Of a stretch of DNA of 64,000 bases, positions 39,501 to 46,000 are shown piece by piece. Within the stretch, counting starts at the first letter, position 1, and every line of letters begins with the position of its first letter. The DNA is from Methanomassiliicoccales archaeon UBA147 (GTDB taxonomy: Archaea > Thermoplasmatota > Thermoplasmata > SG8-5), in contig DAJR01000027.1 in the NCBI GenBank assembly GCA_002496385.1, positions 1,155-65,154 on the forward strand. Direction: 5' to 3'. Under the pieces are notes generated by a model. It was not told the DNA's origin and searched no databases. It was given only the letters and a program-made list of their open reading frames with translations. Made by a program: the position numbers and the translations under genes.

Positions 39501-42500
39501 CAATCCGCCCAACTCCGGCCAGATTATCATTCGGGTGAGGGTCAATGCCATGGCGGGAGGCGTCCTCACGAACCGCGCCACGCTGAACTACCAGAACATA
39601 TCCGGAGGCTGGATGCCCGAGGAGTCCGCCTTCAACACGACCACCGTGCTTACCGGCAACACCAGGATGTACATTGACAAGTCGGGACCGGCCACTGCCA
39701 CGACCGGCCAGTATGTAGAGTACACGATTTACTATCAGAACATCGGCACCGGGATGGCCCTGAATGTAGTCCTTGAGGACACTTTCCTCGCCTCTGACCT
39801 GTCATTCCTGAGCGCATCGCGGACACCGTCATACGGGGGCCCCGGCGACACGACGATAGGCTGGAACCTCGGAAACCTGGCCCCGCACGATAGCGGCACG
39901 ATAATCGTCAGATGCACCATAGGCCTTGCCCCGGGTCCTTCGGCTCAGAACTTTGCGACCATCTATTTCACAGATACCGTGGGCAACCCTGGCAGTATAT
40001 CGGACATGGCTTCTACTTGGATACACATCCCGGTACTGAATATAACAAAAGAAGGACCTGCCTTCGCAAACAGCGGCCAGTACATCACATATTGGATAAA
40101 TTACACGAACACAAATCCCATTGCGGCAGCATACAATGTGACGATTACGGAAACCTACTCCCTGAATGTCACCTATCTCATTGCCAATCCCCTTCCGACA
40201 ACAGGGACAAATGTCTGGTTCATCGGCACCGTGAGCCCCGGAGGAAGCGGGTCCATAATTATAACAGTCCGGGTGCTTGGGACTGTCGCCAACGGAGGCG
40301 CTGTTTTCAACTATGTCAATCTCGCCTATGAGAACATGGGCTACATCGCCCAGCCTGTTGAAAGTGCCTTTGTCACAACAACCATTTACAACCCCATATT
40401 GCAGGTCGGGAAGACCGGTCCGGCATCAGCCAACACGGGCCAGCTCATCAATTACACGATTACGCTCAACAACATCGGCGGAGCACCCGCTTACAATATC
40501 GAGATAGCCGATTTATATCCGTCCCAGGTGACTTACGTCGGCGCTTCGCTGACACCCAGCATAGGAAACAACAGGTGGCTCATACCTTTCCTGATAAACG
40601 GCGGGTCAATCCAGTTCAACATCACCGTCCGCATCGGATACTCTGTTACCCCGGGAATCACCATCCATAATGACGTGTTCGTCGACTACGAGGACGGGAA
40701 CGGAGGGGCAAAACCCCAGGAATGGGCCCGTGCCAGCACCCTGATAGTTGATCCTCTGCTCAGAGTGACAAAGACAGGGCCTGCCATCGCCAGTACAAAC
40801 CAGACAATCACCTATCTGATAACCGTCGAGAACTTTGGAAATGCAGATGCGTACAATATCCTGCTTAACGAATTGTACCCGTCCAACCAGACAGCCCGGT
40901 GGATCACCTTTGTCAATTCATCGCAATTCCCAACCGGAGCAGGTAACGACACTTGGACGATATTCTCGCTTGCCCCAGGCGCGACCTGGGTGCTGTGGAT
41001 AAATGTCACGGTCCTTGTGCAATGCGATATCAATAACACCGTGACAGTGGCCTACCGGGATTATCCGGGAGAAATCCAGGAACCCGTATCAGATTACTGG
41101 GTCACGACCATCGAGAATCCCTGCATGATAATTCGGAAGACTGCCAATGCTACGGCCGTTGCTGGGGGCTACATCCTCTACAACATCACCGCCGAGAACA
41201 TAGGAACAGGCAATGCCACAAATGTGATAGTGACCGAATATTACCCGGTCGGAACCGCCTTCGTATGGGCAAGCATCACGCCCACATCTGGAAACAACGA
41301 ATGGACATTCGCGAGCCTGCCTGTCGGGTTCATTGGATGGCTCAACATCCTCGTCAGGGTCAACGGGAACGCCGTTCCGGCTTCATTGCTGAACAACACG
41401 GTGCATTTCGCCTACCAGAACCAGGGCGGCATGCCGATGCCTCAATTGAACGTGTCAGCATCAACCAGGATCATCGGACCCTCAATACAAATACTGAAGT
41501 CCGCCCCGGGATATGTGGAAATAGGCCAGATATTCAACTACACCATCCAGTATTGGAACAACGGCACGGATTGGGCATACAATGTGGTGATCCGGGATAT
41601 CTATCCTTCAGCCCTTACAATACTCGGAACAGAACCGGCCCCGGCCACCATCCAGCTCGGCTACTATGAATGGACCGTATCGGCGATTGCTCCCGGTACC
41701 ACCGGAATAATCCGCATGACCGTGCTTGCAGACCGCGCCACCACACTCATTAACAATGCCTCGCTCTCGTACCGGAATGCGGCGAATCTGCTCTACCCCA
41801 CAATATTCTCCCTGGCCACAACCCAGGTGAGTTTGTTGCCCTACATCCTTCCCCCGGAGATAACCACCACGCCGCCCGAATTCGTATGGGCCGGGCAGAA
41901 TTTCACGCTTTACGCCGATGCATTGGGCATGGGTGCTGACATTGACACTGTCATCCTCTACTTCACCGACATCTCCGGAACAACCTGGTACAGCATCATG
42001 GTGCCCCTTCTGATAACCCTGAACGGCAGCGGCGTCTACAGCATTGTGATGCCGGCCCAGTCATTCAAGGGTTTCATCTCGTACTTTGTCTGGGTCAACG
42101 ATACCAATGGCAACGAGAACCGAACCGGCATTTACGATGTCGCGGTCAGATTGCCCCCCTATTTCGTATGGGGCAATATCTACTCCAACCGGGGCAACAT
42201 GGTTGCCAACGCCATCGTCCAAATCACTGACACGGTTACCAATGAGACGGTGATGGCCATAACAGATTCGGGCGGGCGGTACACGGTTGATTTGGCCACA
42301 TTGTATTCGGGATACATGAACGGCGAGAACCTTGTGGTGTACGCAACCGACGGCTCATTCTACGGAAGGAACGAATCCTTCATTGACCTTGATGGCTACG
42401 ACGATCTGACAATGGCTTTCCCCAACAGAAGGGTGAACGTCGTCCTTTCGGAAATCCCAGAATTCGCAACTATACTGGTGCCCTTGATCGGTTTGATGGT

Positions 42501-42558
42501 ATTGGTGGCGTTCCTCGAAAGAAGGAGGAGGAAGAGAGAGGATGCTGCCGTCATCTAG
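23671..42558 (+). CDS. Giant surface protein of about 6,295 aa. Order of parts: 5 N-terminal zinc ribbons, a TM anchor, mixed beta-domains, 39 DUF11-type repeats, an Ig-like plus CarboxypepD_reg-like module, and a PEF-CTERM.
   Basis: A single uninterrupted ORF. ATG 23671 (MSKKDL) is preferred over the TTG at 23644 used by the ORF track. The repeat consensus is K(T/S)(A/G)PxxANxGxxIxYT(I/L)xYxNxGxxxAYNVxIxETYPxGVTF...NxWx(I/L)GxLAPGxSGxIxIxVxV. Confidence 0.9.
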   Translation: MSKKDLERQGDGGGGTKQCPICGAENAPDASECTGCSFTFEADDIVETTSAAPGSGSTVCNDCGAELPAGTTSCFICGAEIGTPSTETIPEPPAEETPPEEEWDAGVVGGDAEPAPEEVTEEPEEIPEQPTPELPELGENEFHCPSCGKPIAMGTSKCPECWAEIPEMIRCPKCDHTIPLSSEVCAECFAKLKNGVLIEEPPEEMPEPAELPAEDLNGGELEEHIDEVTEIYGVECPFCHEIANPGDDICPECGMPLIEREEPAEEELAPRKKPERDWYRIIAIGVVAVLLVSGILPFAIPLPHVDRLQIRIDGAFGDWDQVSGQNDSVLSTLPANVDIVQSKMLSDAFNIYFFMQVRGQVFGDQEGDTARIFIDTDQDPATGYSIMGLGADYQIRVFGHGGDVESSSCLAFDDSKAQNDFNGFVSASPSVPHAPEAVQDAAKFEVRATLGDIGITQTTPVTAVFYMADSHGNRDYSDLPISSLGSVLFVRQSSIAPANGLMTGSASPAISLEIHAIGQSVDINGITVPNCAPGTFVRTMANGTSQTLSLTTSVTSLSAGSLVVREAAPDDFDVSGAHVVVTGQGSYSYAVMAPALIGIDGAFADWNGKGTTNSDRIDDQLSKNGIDSIDDAGLDMVSQTTARENNQLNILVQTNGTMLAGMWVPEIEEAYVDTGANTRSEATKPDYTYTEPEVSKTRAPNIQRPTVKSAKTGEGAVNVYLDTDNDTSTGYSIEGRGADYLVKIKGQNGRVTATSISIFSGSDRNMPSWTLQAGLPLGASSGSGVEIGIPLGLFTGITPNTSAVIQLVDWNLNGDVSDISMWDVFETGTRAGTRADPGLPGYGHLMGTLLTSGNEFVPGATLVLKDLTGRATTRITVENTIDSYSIAQEVSKGLQVNMYAVNNTLYGANSTTLTNDKTLAKCNIMMGNPIPAAAPTGLEAKVFGAIGVRLTWTTGATPTSFNIFKTTNTTTSAGDVMGRYYGISRLTGISGTATEFIDTNVANNTVYYYFIESVTGAQVHYSQEVSVTVNYSAVPVITHQPIADCTASVVTVKATVTDDSGIKFASVFYRKGSSGAWTSAPMTLSSGSPSNGNWVAGIPVEMTDINQLYQYYLTADDGSNLGMFGGSGAPGYPTPFGYNASYAPSNPFPVYGYVYLYDGTFAGGFAPVPQPGATVTVSWYDFSMAAVNTTSDVTNALGQFSIDLHNGGVGDPLGYGIEISSTASTGNTGYNWTAITDWNMTGGIWMNVLCGVPYDVIITNPLALPVPAVSANVPFPVTYRIVDINGVLAPGYFTFADGPMNWHSGDPLFVSPPDVYFDGTSSTTPGTWTGNLLLQTLGATYINVTENHLSDFYLTPFDAIAYQIGGVATPGYLKDWANLTLTVVGQSVFNLTKWAPAFANPGEIFSYWLNYSNEGTQWMYNVSISESYPPGVTFISSIPPPTIGTDYWFIGTIAPGGSNSIQIFVSVNMNATGTLTNTASITAPSITTVWAFANTTVINPLMTVKKSAPATANAGETMMYTIRYWNNGTDWAQNVWIYEDYPMNVNVLNATPMPTAWPGTWYIGDLAPGATGTIFVNVTVNAGFSGTLYNEVLLTYENDVVSMPDARAWANTTVNNPLLNVDKTAPATANSGAQIVYAIHIWNSGTATAFDVVVTDTLPAGTTYVPVATPPPSSVVGQTLTWTLPPIAPGASVWIYVTVQVSETATGTISNTVSVVYEDAAGQELGPVTDTATFAIADPLLTIQKVGPAYANSGQTITYTIWVNNTGSAPAYNITVTETYPADATFVSSNPPPSFGNNVWNISFLAAHGGTQISVTVLISATPGTVWQNNTVIADYEDGSNEDQADVTDVVTTILNNPQLTLAKTAPEFANPDQDITYTVTVTNIGSEPAYNVIVTESYPAGVSFVSANPAPTTPINVWNLGSIPVGGSITIVITVHINAGTTGLLTNTVAADYESSSGQDYHVTAYDTTMVTWPVMNIWKDGPANSTAGSTIMYTIHYQNLGSDTAYNVTITETYPADTTFLNANPTPTVGNNVWVIPSVAPGTGGVIFVNVTISSTATGMLVNSISAIYKNTDNQTMPEITNETYTFLTGPWMNLEKTGPATANTGETVIYTLHYWNSGDDTAYNVNITEIYPIEVTFVSANPPPTYGNNIWLIPTVAPGVHGWINITVTINDGVTGTVTNYVNLNYRNDADVQLPVETGNWTIIILDPLMIIEKVGPSEANPGQVIMYTITYQNIGLGAAYNVVITDTLDPGVSYVSSSPAGALAGQVLTWNIGTLVSGQGGTIFINVTVTATNGTIINTVSVDYDDAADEDQDDVEDTVVTTLINPFLIVEKEGPATAVPGQTITYWINGTNIGNDWAYDIWVNDTLPAGLTFLGSIPAFNTSFGSTYSWFIGYLAPGGKFSIQITAQVTATSGEIVNFANITFKNDADIVQPVIEIQTSPMAIVDCLILITKTAPETANTGEFITYTIAYINVGLSTAYNVVITDTLPIDVTYYSSIPSGTVIGQVIAWNIGTLAPYASGSIQVTVQVNEGLPIDTELINNVVVTYENGGNIVNQTSDFNITTVIDPLVEITKWAPPTGAPGGILTYLVNYTNSGNDTAYNVVITETYPTGVTFLDANPMPNNPPTNTVWNLGNLAPGASGTIFINVTISTTAGGTLVNTVQIICENDADVEFTDQDTVNTPIVGPYVQIVKTGPANAAPGDTISYTITYSNTGPGIAYNVRVYDTLPAGVAFVNAIASGILQTAGPPTWVWWFGNLAPGASGTIVITVTVNADATLLINNASVEYYTDPGFVNKIINNCTFTTVVNSPLLTIEKTANATACTGQIITYEITVTNTGSNVANNVIVTENYPDGVTYLIAVPLPTSGNNVWNLSQIKGISMPVGAVWTITVTLRVNATAIGVLHNAVNVRYWNQANAVMPVVWAYADTTIVNPLLTIDKTAPAEANTGELITYTLTVTNVGTAPAFNIWVNESYPPGVTYVSSNILPINFGGDNDSWYIPSLAVGAPFTITITVRVDALTGTLTNWAFVNYTNFADMPLTEVDDFAITTIVNPIMGITKWAPATANPGQTFTYWINYTNTGDGWAYNVVITETYPAGVSFVSSTPDPSSGNNVWNFGPLASGATGSIQITVQVLAGTVGWVLNNSARLDFQNQAGIPQLTISAWAVTNVVQPAMTVIKTGPATATQGQTILYTIFYQNTGNDIAYNVIITDAVPLGVSFVNSTPNPTSPGVWVIGNLAPGASGYIYITATIGAATTGIITNWAYVNYKNRIIPLDQVGDSALTTIIVPRMTITKTAPDYANTGETITYTISYQNLAAVAAYNVVITDTLPVGVTYVSSTPPGSAAGQTVTWNVGILGPGASGTITVNVIVTATDGTLTNTVRASYRNQYSVVYPVVWDTDSTIIINPIITVEKSAPATANTGQNIEYVIWVNNTGTDIAYNVTITETYPVGVIFVFAFPVPTSSNNVWNLGNLAPGTATPIFITVTVNATGLLVNSAEARFNNYVGIPQTPVTDTASTLVGDPLMFIQKTAPLNANPGQTIMYTIRYWNNGTAPAYNVIITETYPAGVTFLNANPMPGNPPTNTVWTIPTVPSHGSGVIFINVTISATATGFIENNVLLAYTDAANNPKPSVTDQAITVLTGPYVLLTKTGPGYANPGQIIMYTVTYRNIGTDTAYNVWINETYPAFVTFLNATPAPTTGNNAWNLGNLAPGAFGTIFINVTVAATATGTIHNNVTAVFRNSVGEQFSSDATWPTIILEPVMQIVKTGPAGANPGATITYWINYTNTGSDWAYDVTITETYPTGVTYYTAIPLPTTGNNVWNVGSLAPGASGSIQITVTIGLAVTGSITNTVRVDYDNQAGRAMVPVTATFVTLIVNPLLSLEKTAWTVLPGTVFPNEIFTYQIIYTNIGGGWAYDVRITESFPTGVTFLDATPPPTFGNQWLVGPLAPGASGSILITVRVNSGATGTLLNNITANYENSLGEMPPVYAELALQVIAPRLQITKTAPATANTGQDIVYRIWVNNTGNAWATDIILTETYPASVTFIEAVPVPTVQNTVWYVPDLGPGGSWFVEITVRVNLDAYGTLLNSVAVTFRDMADQSYGPVLAQAMTLIQDPMVTISKTGPATANPGQVIMYTITYENIGTAPANVIITETYPASVTFLNATPMPGNPENTIWNIGSVAPSTGGTIFINVTVSVTASGTLTNIVVLDYSSATRDFKSKQAVWNTTIVEPDMTLSKTAPAQANSGQTITYWLNYFNEGTDWAYNVTVTETYPDGVTFLSATPAPTTIPNFWSIGNVAPNTGGSIQITVRVNATAFGTLTNYAILNYRSGGRIMPYVEATAQTKVMDPILIITKDAPTDANQGETITYTITVRNIGSDFAYNVWVFENYPGTIFESSIPAPAFPSNDVWYFDSIANGSFVVITITVTVPLSASGYLDNAAYVDYFDLAGESQDREWAYASTYVTGPSLTVDKWATPYANAGDYLTYWINITNTGTGWAYNVIVTETYPAGITFVSAIPAPNPGNTTWNLGSIAPNHTVKIQITVQVNIGTVGILVNRADVDYENQIGVDYTPVWDIAVTTLGEIPNVIIQKTAPQYANAGQTINYTIFYHNAATIWANNTWINETYPFGVTYVPVANPAPSVGNNCWFIDDLAPGQSGYIFISVTVTGAVYGTLTNMANIVYWNGNLTRKFENYASANTIVRDALMQVDKSAPDTVAINQQFLYTITYTNIGNDTAYDVWVVDTLPGGVSFVTSSIPPDASSVPPVYRWHFASIAPGASAGITITVQANVAGVQVNTVTIDYDNTQGVARPQVSDSATTVITGLATPYVTIQKFAPAQAVTGQVITYLITYQNVGDGIANNVVVTDTLPLGVTFLNATPAEDSIAGQLVTWNNLAPIGPGVSGTIFVNVTVNALSGTLANQANVVWTGGSNVAYAYTTIVSPLMQVTKTVNETMAQNGETLHYTITYTNVGSAPAYDVTIVDTLPPGSSYLGATPPWDTSAPPMYTWVIPIVPAGSSGTIFLDAQVNVVSGTLTNNVSLNYDNAIGTAQQPVYAEATTEVTAVELILTKTTSSLVAEPGTDITYFITIFNAGPTPFTFANDVTLNDFYPAGTMFVTAQLKINNGGWNPAPANVSVAGLDTWYLSSWLGPMPAFDTWTLQLIVHIDWMAPDVLENRAMVNYTESGFVHFLNATAVTTISGPLMDITKTSSMKYVSPGQEFIYTINYVNNGPGPALNVTIREFYPAGLTFLSSIPAPSEGNNVWHLGTIGGLNNPPNSGQIIIRVRVNAMAGGVLTNRATLNYQNISGGWMPEESAFNTTTVLTGNTRMYIDKSGPATATTGQYVEYTIYYQNIGTGMALNVVLEDTFLASDLSFLSASRTPSYGGPGDTTIGWNLGNLAPHDSGTIIVRCTIGLAPGPSAQNFATIYFTDTVGNPGSISDMASTWIHIPVLNITKEGPAFANSGQYITYWINYTNTNPIAAAYNVTITETYSLNVTYLIANPLPTTGTNVWFIGTVSPGGSGSIIITVRVLGTVANGGAVFNYVNLAYENMGYIAQPVESAFVTTTIYNPILQVGKTGPASANTGQLINYTITLNNIGGAPAYNIEIADLYPSQVTYVGASLTPSIGNNRWLIPFLINGGSIQFNITVRIGYSVTPGITIHNDVFVDYEDGNGGAKPQEWARASTLIVDPLLRVTKTGPAIASTNQTITYLITVENFGNADAYNILLNELYPSNQTARWITFVNSSQFPTGAGNDTWTIFSLAPGATWVLWINVTVLVQCDINNTVTVAYRDYPGEIQEPVSDYWVTTIENPCMIIRKTANATAVAGGYILYNITAENIGTGNATNVIVTEYYPVGTAFVWASITPTSGNNEWTFASLPVGFIGWLNILVRVNGNAVPASLLNNTVHFAYQNQGGMPMPQLNVSASTRIIGPSIQILKSAPGYVEIGQIFNYTIQYWNNGTDWAYNVVIRDIYPSALTILGTEPAPATIQLGYYEWTVSAIAPGTTGIIRMTVLADRATTLINNASLSYRNAANLLYPTIFSLATTQVSLLPYILPPEITTTPPEFVWAGQNFTLYADALGMGADIDTVILYFTDISGTTWYSIMVPLLITLNGSGVYSIVMPAQSFKGFISYFVWVNDTNGNENRTGIYDVAVRLPPYFVWGNIYSNRGNMVANAIVQITDTVTNETVMAITDSGGRYTVDLATLYSGYMNGENLVVYATDGSFYGRNESFIDLDGYDDLTMAFPNRRVNVVLSEIPEFATILVPLIGLMVLVAFLERRRRKREDAAVI
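27838..41850 (+). repeat. 39 tandem DUF11-type ('conserved repeat domain') units of about 120 aa each
   Basis: I segmented the translation by hand into 39 consecutive units (14,013 nt / 39 = about 120 aa). The units are diverged from one another at the amino-acid level. Confidence 0.85.
42454..42558 (+). other. PEF-CTERM archaeosortase sorting signal
   Basis: ...SEIPEF-ATILVPLIGLMVLVAFL-ERRRRKRED. This is a PEF tripeptide, a hydrophobic helix and a basic cluster at the extreme C-terminus. Confidence 0.7.
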
Positions 42559-43090
42559 AATCGCCATTGCATCATTTGTCGTATGCATCCTAATGATATC
42601 CGCCGTTCCGGGGGAATCCGTGGCAATTCCTTACAAGATAGAGGGGTACCTTAACGACGGTGAAGGCCTTCCAATCACTCTTGCCAATATATCCATCACC
42701 GGCGAAGTGTACGATATCGGGGTACAGGACATGGTCAGCCAGACCTGGTACCGCACGACCGACGCATACGGCAAATACGTGATATACCTGGCAGCGAATG
42801 AGCCGGGCGGCCTGTTCATGAATTCCACAGTCACGGTTTCGTATCGTTCCGGAGACGACATTGTCAGCAGGGATGTGACCATCTCAGGCCTTTCGGTTTG
42901 GGCTAATTTGACTTACAAAGAGAGTCTTGGCCTGGGGGATTACCTGATGTCTCCCATAGGCATACTGATTATCGTGATTCTGATAGTGGCTGTGATGATA
43001 GGGTTCTATATTTCCAAATCTGAATCGCCTGAAGAAGTAAAAGACTCCGAACAGTCAAAACGAGTCGAGAAGCGAAGGCGAAGGAATTGA
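42542..43090 (+). CDS. Small secreted, C-terminally anchored protein with a CarboxypepD_reg-like beta-sandwich
   Basis: The ATG lies 17 nt inside the end of the giant gene. Signal peptide IAIASFVVCILMISAVPGESVA. The segment YKIEGYLNDGEGLPITLANISI...DAYGKYVIYL is present, and there is a C-terminal TM plus KRRRR. Confidence 0.7.
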   Translation: MLPSSRIAIASFVVCILMISAVPGESVAIPYKIEGYLNDGEGLPITLANISITGEVYDIGVQDMVSQTWYRTTDAYGKYVIYLAANEPGGLFMNSTVTVSYRSGDDIVSRDVTISGLSVWANLTYKESLGLGDYLMSPIGILIIVILIVAVMIGFYISKSESPEEVKDSEQSKRVEKRRRRN

Positions 43091-43099
43091 GAGGTTCAG

Positions 43100-46000
43100 A
43101 TGAGAAACAAACAATATCAGTTCATGTCAATCCTGACCGCATTCATTGTAGTTTCGCTTCTGGTCCCTTCGATTCAATTAGGCGCTTCTGATTCTCCCCC
43201 GCCGCATGTGATATATGGCTATGTGTATGATGCCTATTCCACTCCCCTTAAAGACGCTGAAGTATATGTCAACAATACCAGGACTGGAGGTTCCCAGGAT
43301 TGCATTGCCGATGCATATGGGAGATATACTGTGGGTATCGACGCGAATACGACCCACCCGTATCAAATCGGTGATTTGCTCTCCATAACGGCTGTTTACC
43401 ATAATCATTCCCAGAATGGCATTATTTTTGTTGATGGCTCTCCAGCACAACTGTTCAATATCTCCTTGAATTTCAGGGCATACATCATTCAGGGCAACGT
43501 TGTTAAGCCGGATGGAACGCCAGCCAGGTATTTCAATGTCCAGGTGACCAATGAATTCTATCATGAAACCAGGAATTGCGTCACGGATTCCCAGGGCCAT
43601 TACAGGACCGACCTCAGTACCTTTCAAAACGGGTTCGGGCAGAACGACGGGATACTTGCATCCGTGAGCCAATCCGGTTTTCACGGTCAGAAATACACCG
43701 TGGTCCAAACCGGCCCAGGTGCAACTTTGGATATCACCCTCGTTGATATAGAGGATCCAACCCCCCTTCTCCAGGAAACACCGGCCTCAGTCAACCTGTC
43801 ACAGAATTTCCGAATCCTTGTTTGGGTCACTGACAACCATGTGCTCGGCAGCGTCAGGCTGCTCATCAAGAAAAGCGGCCAATCCGCATACTCCGAAATT
43901 CCGATGATCAAAGACGACGGTTCAATTAATGACTGGAACGGGAACGGGATGCCCAACACTCAATTGTACGGCCAATCGACACAGCTCGGTCTCCCGGTTC
44001 AGACCGACATCCGCGATTTGCTCTTTTACATCAATGCGACCGACACTGGAGGGAATTCAGGCACCGCCCCCGCCCTCAATCCATCTGCCAGCCCGTTTAT
44101 CATTAAGGTGAATGACCAATTCTCTCCGACTCTCGCGCATACGCCAGTTACATGGGCAGAGGCGGGAGTGCCCAAAGAAATAATTGCGACCGCCGATGAC
44201 AACATAATGGTTGACCAGGTCAATCTCTTTTGCAAGGGCGTTGGCATGGTTTCGTTCTCTAAAATCCGGATGATGCCAACAGGCGACCCCCTAAAGTACA
44301 ATGCCAGCATCCCCGCCCAATATGCCCTGGGAACTCTGAATTACTACCTGGTATGCAATGACACCAGCAATAATTCTGTAAGATTGCCAGTGTCCGGTGA
44401 GTGGAGTGTCAACGTGGCGGACACCCGAGCCCCCGTAATCACCCACACCAAAATCAATTCAGCCAATAAGGATGGAACTGTAAATTTCACATGCATCGTG
44501 AATGAAGTCAATGAAGACTTGTTGGACTCTGTATGGCTCAATTATTCCTATGGTGCGCTATCGGGAAACGAGACCATGAACTACAGCTCCCTGACAGGAG
44601 CTTGGCATTATGAGTTCAGTCCTCTGTCAACCAAGGACATTTTCTGCTATACCATCTGGGCAAATGACACCAGCGGGAACATCGCCCATGTATCAAATGC
44701 GTTCCCGGTGCTTGATGTGGGCACCCCATTGATAACCCATCAGCCTCCGGAGTTTCTGGAATTCAACCGGACCGTGGCTATTTTTGCGTATGTCGAGGAT
44801 GATGTTGAGATTGCAGGAGTTGCTTTGGCATACCTTCCCTCGGGAGCCCTGGAATACAACACTGTCGGCATGGCCGACGCGGACACCCACTCTGATGTCA
44901 GGCATGGCAATTATACAGCCAATATTTCCGCGCAAACTGTTCTCGGGATAGGTAAACTTAGATACATAATGAATGCCAGTGACGGCACAAACAACATTTC
45001 CTGGCCTTCCCTCCAGCCTTATTATCTGATAGACATCCTGGACACGCTTCCCCCATCGATTTCTAATCTGGCTTTCAATGCGACCCCACCCGGAAATGCC
45101 GGTGCGAGGGTTCGAGTGAATGTCACGGACTGGCATTCTGTGGATTCCGTGACAATTCATTATCTTAATTCCACCTCTTTGCAGTGGACTCCAGTCCAAA
45201 TGAATCTCATCGACAGCCTGACATACGAAGGAACAATCCCCCCCCATTCCCCGGGCATGGTGAAGTTTTATATTGCGTCAAACGACTCAAGCGGGAACGC
45301 TGCCACGCTCCCCCTGACCACGCCCAAACTCAATCCGTTCTTCATTAATTTCACGGACGGCATTCCCCCCGGGATTGAACTGGTCGTTCCGGAATCCATG
45401 GGTGTGAACCAAACCGTGGATATCATCGTCAACGCAACCGACGATTTCTCAAATGCCTCGGCTGAACTGTTTTGCATGGGCGTGAAGGACACCGTGTTCC
45501 GCCGGATAGAGCTATCCATGATTGATGACGCTTCATACAAAGGCACCCTTCCCCCGCAATTGTCCAGCGGTTTCGTTAAACTGTACGCAATTGCTTCGGA
45601 CGGCCTTAACAGGAATCAAACATCCACAATAGAAATCCCGGTGATCAACAATCCTCCGATGATAAGGCATACATCGCCCAACAACCTCTCGTTTGGCGTG
45701 GCATTCTCGATTGTCGCCGAGGTCACGGACGACCTGCGAGTTGAGAACGTGAGCCTTGATTGGAAGTTGCAGGGAGGGGTCAGCACTCTGAAAGCATTGG
45801 GCCGGGTGAATTCAAATTTTTATCGCGCAAACCTCTCCTTTGATAGCCCTGTGACGGTTCTTTATCGAATCATTGCCTTCGACACAGAGAATCATTCAAT
45901 CTGGCCGGATGATGGCTATTACGAAATTGAGATATCTGACTTGGAGATGCCGAGAATCATCCATGAGCCATTGCAGAACCTCACCACGGCCGAGATGCCC

